From NCBI GenBank assembly GCA_001783525.1, contig MFMS01000002.1, positions 121,791-185,790 of the forward strand: a DNA stretch of 64,000 nucleotides, written 5' to 3'. Origin of the DNA: Candidatus Kaiserbacteria bacterium RIFOXYB1_FULL_46_14. Its GTDB lineage: Bacteria > Patescibacteriota > Minisyncoccia > Phycocordibacterales > UBA918. Under the pieces are notes generated by a model. It was not told the DNA's origin. It made no database searches and worked only from the letters and a program-made list of their open reading frames with translations. A program made the translations under genes and the position numbers. Shown here piece by piece: positions 40,996 through 49,749 of this stretch (the first letter of the stretch is position 1; every line of letters begins with the position of its first letter).

Positions 40996-41080
40996 CAGTT
41001 CCTCCTATATCTCACCGCTTGAAGCGATGACTGACTCAAGCAAACCACAAAAAACGGTTTAGCGCAACGTGTGGCGTCTG

Positions 41081-42922
41081 CTACTTAAACTTCTTCAACA
41101 TTTGTTTGAAGGTGGCTATGTCTTTGGCTTGATTATCCAGAGCCTTGAGGAAAGTGTCTTCGCGCTTGGTATCGATGCCGATCGATTTGAATATATCTCC
41201 CACGCTAGCAGAACCACCAGCCGATAGGAATTGATCAATTTGTTCTACATAACTATGATCCGCTTTGTAGTGATTGGCCATTATGGTGCTCATCAAGATG
41301 CCGTAAGCATAGGAGTACACGTAAAAGCCGTAACGGAGATGCGGGATATAGACGTAACTGTAACCATCCTTTGGCTCAACCAGAACGCCTGCGCCAAGAT
41401 AGGCCTTTAGATGCTTTTGCATACACTCTGCCATTTCCTTACTTTCCATGGCTCCTTTTTGTTCGATCGTATTGTGCATCTCAAGCTCACAGTCGAAGAA
41501 TGCCACTTGTCTTTCGATAGTAGCGATGTCACGCGTTATACGATCGTGTAGTAAGGTCAACTTGTCTCGATCCGATACAGTGTTGAAAACGGCATCAAAA
41601 ACCAAGTTTTCGAACAATGTACTGGCGGTCTCGGCAGTAATGATGGAGTGACCTTCATAGAACGAGGTCTGCTTCTTAGAGCGCTCAGCATGAATCGCAT
41701 GACCCATTTCGTGGGCCAGTGTCTCTAGGGATTTGAAATTTGATACATGATTCAGAAAGACATGTGTCGGATGTCCAACATCGCTGGACATAAATGCCCC
41801 ACCTCTCTTGCCTCCCTGTGAAAAGACATCGATCTGTCCGCGCTTCAGCATCGTATCAAAGACGACACCGTACTCTTCCTTTACGCTGTAAAAAACGTCA
41901 CGGCAAATATCCACCGCTTCTTTAAACGAAATGTTTAGCTCACGTCCGATCGTTTCGTACTTTTGAACATAATGAAGCGCCGGTACTTTGTGATAGCTAG
42001 CCTTAAGCTTGTAGAATTCACGAGAAAGCTTGTAGCCACGCGTCCTGACGGCATGAGTCAGATTCTCGATGCTCTTTTCATCATCTTCATAAGCGAGCGC
42101 AGTGGCACTATACGGTTTCTTATAACCACGAAGCTCATCCTCGCCGCGAGCATCAAGAATAATCGCATTCATTTCGTGTTCCGCCATTTCTCCAACCTTT
42201 TCCATCTCGGTCATCAACTTGTCCCACAGCGCAATCTTGTCTTTGGTTTTCAAAAGCTCCAGTGTCTCAAGGGCGACTGGCAAATGAAGAGGTTTCCCTT
42301 TCCATACAATTTGCCGATTACTGATGATCTTTTCTACCGCGTCTGCCCACATTCCACTTGATTGGCGCGACTTGAGACGAATGATTTTTTCCTCCGCTTC
42401 AGAAAGGTGGTACTTGGCACCAAGCCAGAGTTGTTCAAGAAAATAATGAAAATGTGTCAGAGTTTCGTCGGCAAGATAGCGTTTTTGTAAGTCTGGTGGA
42501 GCCTTGCCTAGTTTCAAACTAAAAAAGAGAATCTGATCAGAAGCCTTGCGAAGACGTTTTGAAAGAAGAGAAAGTTGGCGGTTCGCATCGGCGTCGTTCA
42601 CGTTTAGACTTTGACGCAAAGAAAAGTATCGTCCCGGGCGGCCGACCTCTGGTAGCCCTGCTAACTCCTCATACTCAGTAAGAGCCTGCTTCAGCGCGGT
42701 AGCAGAGGCCAGAAAATCACGCGCTGACCACTTTTTGGAAAAGTTTGTATAAGCAAGTTCCGCCGCTTTAATATCAACCTCGATTTGTGGATCTTTGCCA
42801 CTTTTATAATAAAGGCCTTTAAGATCCCAGGTTTCTTTAATAACCGGAGTTTTCGGTAGTGTGCTTTTGGAGTGCCACTTAAAATTATCCTTACTTTTTG
42901 TTTTCTTGGCTTCGCTTAACAT
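41081..42922 (-). CDS. pepF: M3B oligoendopeptidase (PepF-like)
   Basis: WDL..LY, GKRGGAF, HEMGH, AETAS and IPH....FYVYSYAYG motifs; start uncertain. Confidence 0.88.
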   Translation of the reverse strand: MLSEAKKTKSKDNFKWHSKSTLPKTPVIKETWDLKGLYYKSGKDPQIEVDIKAAELAYTNFSKKWSARDFLASATALKQALTEYEELAGLPEVGRPGRYFSLRQSLNVNDADANRQLSLLSKRLRKASDQILFFSLKLGKAPPDLQKRYLADETLTHFHYFLEQLWLGAKYHLSEAEEKIIRLKSRQSSGMWADAVEKIISNRQIVWKGKPLHLPVALETLELLKTKDKIALWDKLMTEMEKVGEMAEHEMNAIILDARGEDELRGYKKPYSATALAYEDDEKSIENLTHAVRTRGYKLSREFYKLKASYHKVPALHYVQKYETIGRELNISFKEAVDICRDVFYSVKEEYGVVFDTMLKRGQIDVFSQGGKRGGAFMSSDVGHPTHVFLNHVSNFKSLETLAHEMGHAIHAERSKKQTSFYEGHSIITAETASTLFENLVFDAVFNTVSDRDKLTLLHDRITRDIATIERQVAFFDCELEMHNTIEQKGAMESKEMAECMQKHLKAYLGAGVLVEPKDGYSYVYIPHLRYGFYVYSYAYGILMSTIMANHYKADHSYVEQIDQFLSAGGSASVGDIFKSIGIDTKREDTFLKALDNQAKDIATFKQMLKKFK

Positions 42923-43487
42923 TACCTAAAAAGTTTTTATACTCCGTATAAACGTGATTGAACTCGCCGATTATAGCATTATCGAGTTGGCGGTTCAGCA
43001 AGTTGGAAAGGTCCTGATAACCTAGTGCTCGTTCTTCCAAAGAGCCGGGAAAATCTACCAAGAATCGGCTGTGGTCATCGTAATATTGTTCAACGATACA
43101 GCGCATATTGTGGATCTTGTCAGCCGCGGCGATCGTGAGCGCTTCTGTCGGCGCTTTTTTCAGTCCTGCTAGATACGCATCTTTCCGCTCTTTCCAAGTA
43201 AGGGCTTTGCCATCTTTCTCTTTTGGTTCGGTCAGCGCTACCACCAGATTGCGAACTTGCTCGCCAAAGTCTTCCTCAAGCTCGGCGGCAGTGTAAGAAG
43301 TATCCTCCAGTACATCGTGCAAAAAGGCAGCTATTACTATGTTTTCATCCTTCGTGTAGTCACGCACCATCCACGCCACAGCAAAAAGATGTGTTATGTA
43401 AGGAAGAGGTGGTACGCCACGCCTCACTTGATCTTTATGGAGCACTGTTGCGGCGCGTATCGCTTGCTCGATTCGGTAGGAGTACAC
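42891..43487 (-). CDS. Stand-alone RelA/SpoT-type HD hydrolase (Mesh1/SAH-like)
   Basis: H..Q.R, PYITH, LHDVLEDT and ADKIHN motifs. Confidence 0.85.
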   Translation of the reverse strand: MYSYRIEQAIRAATVLHKDQVRRGVPPLPYITHLFAVAWMVRDYTKDENIVIAAFLHDVLEDTSYTAAELEEDFGEQVRNLVVALTEPKEKDGKALTWKERKDAYLAGLKKAPTEALTIAAADKIHNMRCIVEQYYDDHSRFLVDFPGSLEERALGYQDLSNLLNRQLDNAIIGEFNHVYTEYKNFLGNVKRSQENKK

Positions 43488-43537
43488 GTTGGTGAAAATT
43501 TAAAGTTGTGGGCGGCCTTCGGCCGCCCACGCTAGAG

Positions 43538-43795
43538 TCAATTAGAACCCTTTCTTTCCCTTTGCTCCTCTTCTGTCATTTTTCTTCCCAATTCCAACTC
43601 TTCCCCAGCAAGATCATGTACCTCACCCTGCAGTTTGTGTAATTCGTCTTGGGTTTTCCCTTTTTCAGCCATCAAGTCATCAATTTTATCTTCAACACCA
43701 CGGACCTCTTTTTCGACCTCTTTTATTTCTCCCTCTAATCTAGTTTTGTTACGTTCAATTTGCTCGATCTTTCTTTTCAGATCTTCCTTTGACAT
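43538..43795 (-). CDS. Small coiled-coil protein
   Basis: 85-aa E/K-rich heptad pattern. Confidence 0.6.
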   Translation of the reverse strand: MSKEDLKRKIEQIERNKTRLEGEIKEVEKEVRGVEDKIDDLMAEKGKTQDELHKLQGEVHDLAGEELELGRKMTEEEQRERKGSN

Positions 43796-43813
43796 ATACT
43801 TGCATTAATTTGT

Positions 43814-44608
43814 TTATTTGATTTTACCCTTCTTCGCCTCTAGGTGTAAAGCCAGCAGTTTTTTGCCAGTAGCCTCACGGTAAGGGCAGTATTCGCAAGA
43901 CTCCCCAGTAGGCGGGATGGCTCGACTATCTAAGAGTTCCTTGATTTTGGCCAAAGTTGGCTCTATCCAATCAACTTTTGTTGGACAATCTACCAAAGTG
44001 GTCTCAAATGTAAGCTTGTCATCAAAGGCATTCTCTTCCTTCGAAGCATTGGCATAGACCAAGTAGCCCATTTCTTCTACTTCGAAACCGTTTTGTTCCA
44101 AGAGCCAACGATATACACCGAGCTGTCTTTGATATTGCTTTTCCCAAGGGCTATCACCGAGTTTTTCAATTCGACCGGTTTTTGAGGTGGCTTTGTAATC
44201 GACTATTATCAATTTCCCCTCCTTTGTCATCCATAGGTCGTCCACTCCTCCAGATACCACTAAGCTAGTTGGTTCATGACGATGTTCGATGCCGACGAAG
44301 GGATCGCGCCACTCGTCCATCTTGGCATGTTTAAAAGGCACAGCATCGACTTTGTAGCGGGTCATAATCGGATGTGCTGTACCAGCCTTGCGATGGATGT
44401 CGAATTCTTTTTTGAAAAGCTCATCGACTGCAATGTTGAGATTGAAAGAAGGCATCGAAGGCCGCTTGGTGCCAAGTTTGTTATCAAGATAAAAACAACG
44501 TGGACACTCAATAAACAAATCAATTTTAGAGCGAGACAAGCGCCATTTGGCACCACCGTAATTCCAGTCTGGAGAGCGGTCAGGATTGTATTTTTTATTA
44601 AATTCCAT
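43814..44608 (-). CDS. PD-(D/E)XK nuclease, Cas4/AddB-like
   Basis: LSRSK...CPRC, GGVDD, IVDYK, QL..Y and CEYC motifs. Confidence 0.85.
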   Translation of the reverse strand: MEFNKKYNPDRSPDWNYGGAKWRLSRSKIDLFIECPRCFYLDNKLGTKRPSMPSFNLNIAVDELFKKEFDIHRKAGTAHPIMTRYKVDAVPFKHAKMDEWRDPFVGIEHRHEPTSLVVSGGVDDLWMTKEGKLIIVDYKATSKTGRIEKLGDSPWEKQYQRQLGVYRWLLEQNGFEVEEMGYLVYANASKEENAFDDKLTFETTLVDCPTKVDWIEPTLAKIKELLDSRAIPPTGESCEYCPYREATGKKLLALHLEAKKGKIK

Positions 44609-44638
44609 TACTGGATTCTAACAGAGTGCTTTGAATTT

Positions 44639-44671
44639 AAAAAAGGCCGGAGCGAAGCTCCGGCCTTTTTT
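44639..44671. terminator. Intrinsic terminator
   Basis: AAAAAAGGCCGGAGC-GAA-GCTCCGGCCTTTTTT. Confidence 0.8.
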
Positions 44672-44686
44672 CCTACAATCAGAACG

Positions 44687-45190
44687 CTACCTAGCTACAA
44701 AACTAGATACTTCGGCATCGACCTGAGCGTCGGTTGCTAGGTCAAAAACCTTATCGCCATTGTCAGAATAAAAGACTATAGCGTAAGTCTTTCCAGACAC
44801 GGTAGGGCGAAGAAGGGTCACTTCAGTTGGTGTTAAGTTCTCTGCCTTGTTGAAGCGAGCGACTCCCAAGAGACCAGTCAACTGGCCACCTTCGTAATCA
44901 CGGATTCCAACCCAACCAGCGTCAGCTGGAAAGGTGACGTTGCTAAGTGATACTTTCTTGTTTGTGGTTGGAACAACTTCAGTTTTATTTTCTGGCTGCT
45001 TTGTCACATCTTCATTTGGTGTATCGCTATTTTCCTCAGCCGTTTCAGGCACAGTGTTGCCATCGACGCGCTTTTCCTCACGGTCTGCTGGATTGGCAAA
45101 AATAAATACAAGTAGACCACCTATTAAAAGGCCAGCGATAAAAGCCACGATAGTCTTCTTGTTTTCCTCAGTCATTGTTTGTTCAGACAT
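44687..45190 (-). CDS. Membrane-anchored hypothetical protein
   Basis: N-terminal TM and linker; beta domain with GWV.I...LG and DNGD..FD. Confidence 0.7.
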   Translation of the reverse strand: MSEQTMTEENKKTIVAFIAGLLIGGLLVFIFANPADREEKRVDGNTVPETAEENSDTPNEDVTKQPENKTEVVPTTNKKVSLSNVTFPADAGWVGIRDYEGGQLTGLLGVARFNKAENLTPTEVTLLRPTVSGKTYAIVFYSDNGDKVFDLATDAQVDAEVSSFVAR

Positions 45191-45238
45191 AATTTAAATC
45201 GTTCGGTAACTTGTAAATGCGGCCTATTATACCGTCAT

Positions 45239-46066
45239 TTAGTCTGCTTTAGACAGTTGACGTGCCTCAGAAATTAATGCTTCTAGTTTACCTTGTGACA
45301 GTCCAAGCTCACTGAGTGTATCGGTCTTATGAAGCACATCCGACGTGACGATTAGGCCAGCGTTCAGAAACTGCATTTTTTGAGCCGCCGAAAGGCTAGT
45401 TAGTACGGTAATCGGGAATAATCCGGTTTTATCAATGAGGGAGTAGAGATTGTCCTCCTTGGGATAGTCCCAGGCCATAAGATCAACCCCCACGCAATTC
45501 GCATACTTGATCGCCGCCGCCGTAAATTTGGTATTGGTGATGATCTTAAGATTCTTTATTCCGCAGACGTCAGCCGAGCAGATCTTTCGATCTGACAAAT
45601 CTAGCAAACGAGCGTAGGAATACATTGCGACCTGCAAATCAGACTTGATTCCTGGGCGAGCGTGAAATTTCGCTTCAGCAATAAAACTATGATCAGCACG
45701 ATAAGCCGCTAAGTCGATTTCATGCAAAGCACACTTGCCTTTTAGAGTAATGCCAACCGATGTTTTGTAACCTTGTGTTTCAAATAACCGGCCGAGAAAT
45801 GTCTCAAAAGGAAAACCGGTTGGCCCCAAGTTGAAGAGTGCGCGACGAAGTGCATAGCGGGCTACCACTTCGGTCTTGGTGCCGCGCAATATTGAAAAGG
45901 CATGCCGGTAAATTTCTTGCGTTCGCATTCCATCGTGTGCGGATTTTTCAACATCACTCACGATCGCTTCGATCGCGTCGTGGGCGGCACCGCTCTTTTT
46001 TAGTGAGCGGCGCAATTTGTTTGAATCAAACTCCTCCACTGTGCCATCAGCTTTTGTAACCAACAT
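45239..46066 (-). CDS. ATP-cone + Mrr-like restriction endonuclease domain protein
   Basis: VTKADG..E.FD..KL..SL (ATP cone); FE, EID, EAK and ITNTKFT..A motifs. Confidence 0.8.
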   Translation of the reverse strand: MLVTKADGTVEEFDSNKLRRSLKKSGAAHDAIEAIVSDVEKSAHDGMRTQEIYRHAFSILRGTKTEVVARYALRRALFNLGPTGFPFETFLGRLFETQGYKTSVGITLKGKCALHEIDLAAYRADHSFIAEAKFHARPGIKSDLQVAMYSYARLLDLSDRKICSADVCGIKNLKIITNTKFTAAAIKYANCVGVDLMAWDYPKEDNLYSLIDKTGLFPITVLTSLSAAQKMQFLNAGLIVTSDVLHKTDTLSELGLSQGKLEALISEARQLSKAD

Positions 46067-46073
46067 AACACTG

Positions 46074-47138
46074 CTATTTTATCACGGCGCCTCCGATCAG
46101 CTGATCCTTATCGTAAAAGACAACAGACTGGCCACTGTCGGGCTTTTCGATGTCGGACAGAGGAGTTACTCGTAAATCTTCTTTACTGCCGCTTAGAGTG
46201 ACCACAAAGGGCTTCTGCCTATAACGAAACTGGGCTTCGATGTTGGTATTACGAGGTAACGAATCACCAATGAAGTTGCTACTTTCCAGCAAAAGCTTAT
46301 CGCTTACTACCAACAAAGCCGGTTTAGTATCTACTGTGATGGTATTGCGTGCGATGTCCTTGTCGACTACGAAGTGCGGCTTGGTGTCACCCTCTGCGGT
46401 ATTGATCTTGAAGCCGTGGCGCTGGCCAAGTGTATAAACGAGGGCGCCTTGATGCGTACCGATTGGTTTACCTAACTTATCGATAACAATCCCCTCTTTC
46501 AAATCAACAAAATGTCCGATGAACTCCGGTATATCAACGTGTCCAAGGAAACAAACACCCTGACTGTCCTTACGGGTGGCGGTGGGTAATCCGGCCGCCA
46601 TAGCCTCAGCACGTACTTTTTCTTTTATAGTGTCGCCAATTGGAAAAAGTGTATGGGCCAGATCCTCCTCTGTTAACGTCCACAAAAAATACGACTGGTC
46701 TTTGGCAGTATCAACTCCTCTGTAAAGGCGAGGCCGACCGTCCTCATTGATGATTTGAGCATAGTGTCCAGTCGCTATGTAATCAGCACCGTGCTCTTTT
46801 GCGAAATTCCAAAAAGCGCCGAATTTAACATAACGATTACACATCACGTCAGGATTAGGGGTTCGACCCCTTTCATACTCTTTGATGAAATATTCACCAA
46901 CGTCTCGCCGATATTCTAGAGCGGCATCAAAGGTCAAAAACGGGATATCGAGATGTGCTGCGGCACGCATAGCGTCTAGCCGATCCTTTTCAGCATCACA
47001 TTCCAAAAAATCTGGTTGCCAAACTTTTATAAAAACTCCAACCACGTCAAAACCAGCACGCTTCAGTCGAAGCGCGGCCACCGAAGAATCGACACCTCCG
47101 GAGAGTCCGACAAAAACTTTTTGTGCTGATTTATTCAT
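46074..47138 (-). CDS. mnmA: tRNA 2-thiouridylase MnmA
   Basis: SGGVDSS, TPNPDVMCN, ATGHY and KDQSYFL motifs. Confidence 0.96.
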   Translation of the reverse strand: MNKSAQKVFVGLSGGVDSSVAALRLKRAGFDVVGVFIKVWQPDFLECDAEKDRLDAMRAAAHLDIPFLTFDAALEYRRDVGEYFIKEYERGRTPNPDVMCNRYVKFGAFWNFAKEHGADYIATGHYAQIINEDGRPRLYRGVDTAKDQSYFLWTLTEEDLAHTLFPIGDTIKEKVRAEAMAAGLPTATRKDSQGVCFLGHVDIPEFIGHFVDLKEGIVIDKLGKPIGTHQGALVYTLGQRHGFKINTAEGDTKPHFVVDKDIARNTITVDTKPALLVVSDKLLLESSNFIGDSLPRNTNIEAQFRYRQKPFVVTLSGSKEDLRVTPLSDIEKPDSGQSVVFYDKDQLIGGAVIK

Positions 47139-47145
47139 AAATTGT

Positions 47146-47272
47146 TAAAGATTACAGAATTGGATGAAATACGAAGAATTGGAGGAAAATTTGAGAGAGA
47201 GCCGTATCGCGGACATACGGTGACGAACAAATTTTCTGAAGTTCAAGTATTTCGGCAATTATGTAATCTTTA
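47146..47272 (+). repeat. Long imperfect hairpin element, copy 2 (mltG-mnmA intergenic)
   Basis: TAAAGATTACAGAATTG...CAATTATGTAATCTTTA arms; core shared with 35353..35483. Confidence 0.78.
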
Positions 47273-48253
47273 TTTGAGGTACTTTGCAATATTTGCCCTA
47301 TGTTCGTCAAATGTCTTGGCGTAGTGAAAATTTCCCTCCTCGTCGGTTATATAATACAGATATTCAGTATCTTCCGGTTCGAGCACAGCATCAATTGAAT
47401 TAAGGCCTGGATTACCAATCGGTGTCGGTGTTAGTCCGGCATACTTATACGTATTGTACGGAGTGTCTCGTTCTAAATCTTCAGCTCTAAGATCGCTGAG
47501 GGGACGACCTAAAGCATATTCAATTGATGCATCTGTCTGGAGGCGCATCCCTAGCTGTAAGCGTTTTTGTAAGATGCCAGAAACGATTCGCATTGATTCC
47601 TCTGTGTTGGCTTCACGTTCAAGTAGTGAAGCTAGCACTATAACGCCGTCTTCCTTAAGCGGATGTGAGGCCATGGGCTCTTTTCTTGAAGCCACTTTCT
47701 GCTCATAAGTAGTTTTGAGCAATGTTAGCAATTCTGCAGCGGTAAAATCCTCCGGAATGTAGTAAGTGTCAGGAAAAAGATAGCCCTCCATACCTGCCGC
47801 TGAATTCAAAAATTCCGTGCCGTCAAATTGTGACAGGCCTTCTGCGGCCAACAAAGCAAACTCTTTTGTTGTGTAGCCCTCAGGCAAGGTCAGTCGTACC
47901 AGGGTGTCTCCATCGGCGTCTCTGGTGATTCGGTCGATTACAGAGAAGGCAGTTAACGGCGTGTCGAAATAATAGCTACCGGCCTTAACGTTATTTGGAT
48001 CATGCCAAGTTATCAAAATAATGTGTGCTAACAATGAAGACCGTACTGCCTTTGCCTCCTCGAGCTTCTCTACAATAGCCGCCGCTGAAAGTCCACGCGT
48101 AATTGTGATGGTTGTATTAATTGGAAAGTCCGCCGGTGGTCTGGTCTGCCACCAAAATAGCACCAGCAACAAAGAAGCTGTCGCAATAATAAACCCGATG
48201 ACCCACAACCACAAAAAGCGTGACGTCCGACCGACTATATCCATATCTATCAT
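47270..48253 (-). CDS. mltG: Endolytic transglycosylase MltG
   Basis: EGYLFPDTY, ASLLERE, LQTDA and YNTY...GL.PTPIGNPG motifs. Confidence 0.93.
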   Translation of the reverse strand: MIDMDIVGRTSRFLWLWVIGFIIATASLLLVLFWWQTRPPADFPINTTITITRGLSAAAIVEKLEEAKAVRSSLLAHIILITWHDPNNVKAGSYYFDTPLTAFSVIDRITRDADGDTLVRLTLPEGYTTKEFALLAAEGLSQFDGTEFLNSAAGMEGYLFPDTYYIPEDFTAAELLTLLKTTYEQKVASRKEPMASHPLKEDGVIVLASLLEREANTEESMRIVSGILQKRLQLGMRLQTDASIEYALGRPLSDLRAEDLERDTPYNTYKYAGLTPTPIGNPGLNSIDAVLEPEDTEYLYYITDEEGNFHYAKTFDEHRANIAKYLK

Positions 48254-49644
48254 TGCTTGAATTCGCCAATCGGCAAGTTTGATGGGGCTTCACCACGTTT
48301 CGATGGTACACGATCGATAGTAGGTGTAAGTGCCACTGATCCTGGCAAGTGGAAAATGGTTGCTAACTCCTCTGCAGTAAAGACCTTGTAATCGTCCCCT
48401 CCGCTTTTAGGTGCATATACACGACGTCTGTATTCTTTTAACTCCTGCTTCTTCAGTGCCATAAGCTCCTTTTTCTTTTTACCAGGGAAGAAATCTTTGT
48501 AGTCGAAGTCGGTACGCCAACGAACACCGATGCCGTTTAATCCCCAGTCGAACTGGCTAAACATACGAATTACCGGGTTGATTAAGTCACCGTTAAAGCC
48601 GCCCTTTTGGTTGACGTAAATCCAGCGAATCACAGTATTGTAGGCATACTTGCTGGAGTGGCGTTCTAGTGTCGCGATCGCATCGCGCTCTCCTGCAGTC
48701 AACATCGCCATTTGTCCGCCCTCGTCAGTACCTTTGAAACCAAGCGGAGTTTTTGTCTTTGCATCTCGATTCATCATTTCGTTGATGGCTTTTTTAGATC
48801 CATCATTCCAGTTTGGTCCTTCGCCGATTTGTAGTTGTCCGTTTTGAAAACTAGATCGGCGGAATGAGATTGCTAGTATCTGTACAAACAGCCGCTCGTG
48901 CGGCTTAATACTACCCATTACCTCGAGCATTGGCGTCATTGGGTCAACTTTTTCTTCTTCTTTGGGCATCTTATCGAGACCGTAGTCGATGTAAGATTTG
49001 ATTGGGAAATGTCCATCTCTCTTCTTACCCATATGAACTGCAAAAAGTTCATAACCGAGCTTTTCGTAATTGAGTGGTATTTCGGCGGCGTAGTCGATTG
49101 GTTCTTCGATTATCTCAACGTTTGGATACTGTGCATACATATTGGCCTCAAAGGCGTCCTTGGTCTTTTTAGTCGGAACGTTCACATAGAAACGCACTTC
49201 GCCACCGATTGACGCCAACTCAAAAGAAAACGGCAGCGGTCGTTTGCCTTGGATGTAGGTTTGCATAAAATTGTCTGGATTGGCAGTGTTGTGGATTTGA
49301 GAAATGACAAACTCCATAGCTTCAGGAGATTTCATTACTTCTTGAGGTAGGCGAATACGTAGCGTAGTGCGGCCTTGTCCAAGGCTAAAAATCGGCCCAA
49401 TGGTATCCATCCACTTATAGAAAAAAAGTAGAAAGAGAACCACCGGAAGCCACAATGGAATAAGGGCAATAAAAACAGTCAGTACGTTGCCGGTTGATAT
49501 ACCAAAAACAACGAAGCCGACTATTATGAGAAGAAAAGCGATACCAGCGATCAGCGGACCATAATCAAGATCCTGATCGTTTATCCACTTAAAGGTAGCC
49601 CCAGCGAGGGGAACATGTTCTTCGTAGAATTCCTTGCCAAACAC
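48250..49644 (-). CDS. Conserved hypothetical membrane protein
   Basis: Two N-terminal TMs; FSFELAS...VRFY, YP.VEI....DY and EELATIFHLP motifs. Confidence 0.7.
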   Translation of the reverse strand: MFGKEFYEEHVPLAGATFKWINDQDLDYGPLIAGIAFLLIIVGFVVFGISTGNVLTVFIALIPLWLPVVLFLLFFYKWMDTIGPIFSLGQGRTTLRIRLPQEVMKSPEAMEFVISQIHNTANPDNFMQTYIQGKRPLPFSFELASIGGEVRFYVNVPTKKTKDAFEANMYAQYPNVEIIEEPIDYAAEIPLNYEKLGYELFAVHMGKKRDGHFPIKSYIDYGLDKMPKEEEKVDPMTPMLEVMGSIKPHERLFVQILAISFRRSSFQNGQLQIGEGPNWNDGSKKAINEMMNRDAKTKTPLGFKGTDEGGQMAMLTAGERDAIATLERHSSKYAYNTVIRWIYVNQKGGFNGDLINPVIRMFSQFDWGLNGIGVRWRTDFDYKDFFPGKKKKELMALKKQELKEYRRRVYAPKSGGDDYKVFTAEELATIFHLPGSVALTPTIDRVPSKRGEAPSNLPIGEFKQ

Positions 49645-49690
49645 GAGATCAGTATAAAGTTAAAAGATCAAAGTTGAAAGGTGAGAAAGT

Positions 49691-49727
49691 GAAAAGCGGA
49701 CGGCGCCTTTGGCGCCGTCCGCTTTTC
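49691..49727 (-). terminator. Intrinsic terminator
   Basis: GAAAAGCGGACGGCGCC-TTT-GGCGCCGTCCGCTTTTC. Confidence 0.75.
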
Positions 49728-49749
49728 TACCACTGTTTCTATAATAAAT

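Noticed and set aside
43814-44608. CRISPR-Cas locus suggested by the Cas4-like gene
   Set aside because: No repeat-spacer array or other cas genes in the window.
47147-47160. Apparent -10 element (TGTAATCT) for mnmA
   Set aside because: It lies within the hairpin arm and is a weak match, so it cannot be supported independently.
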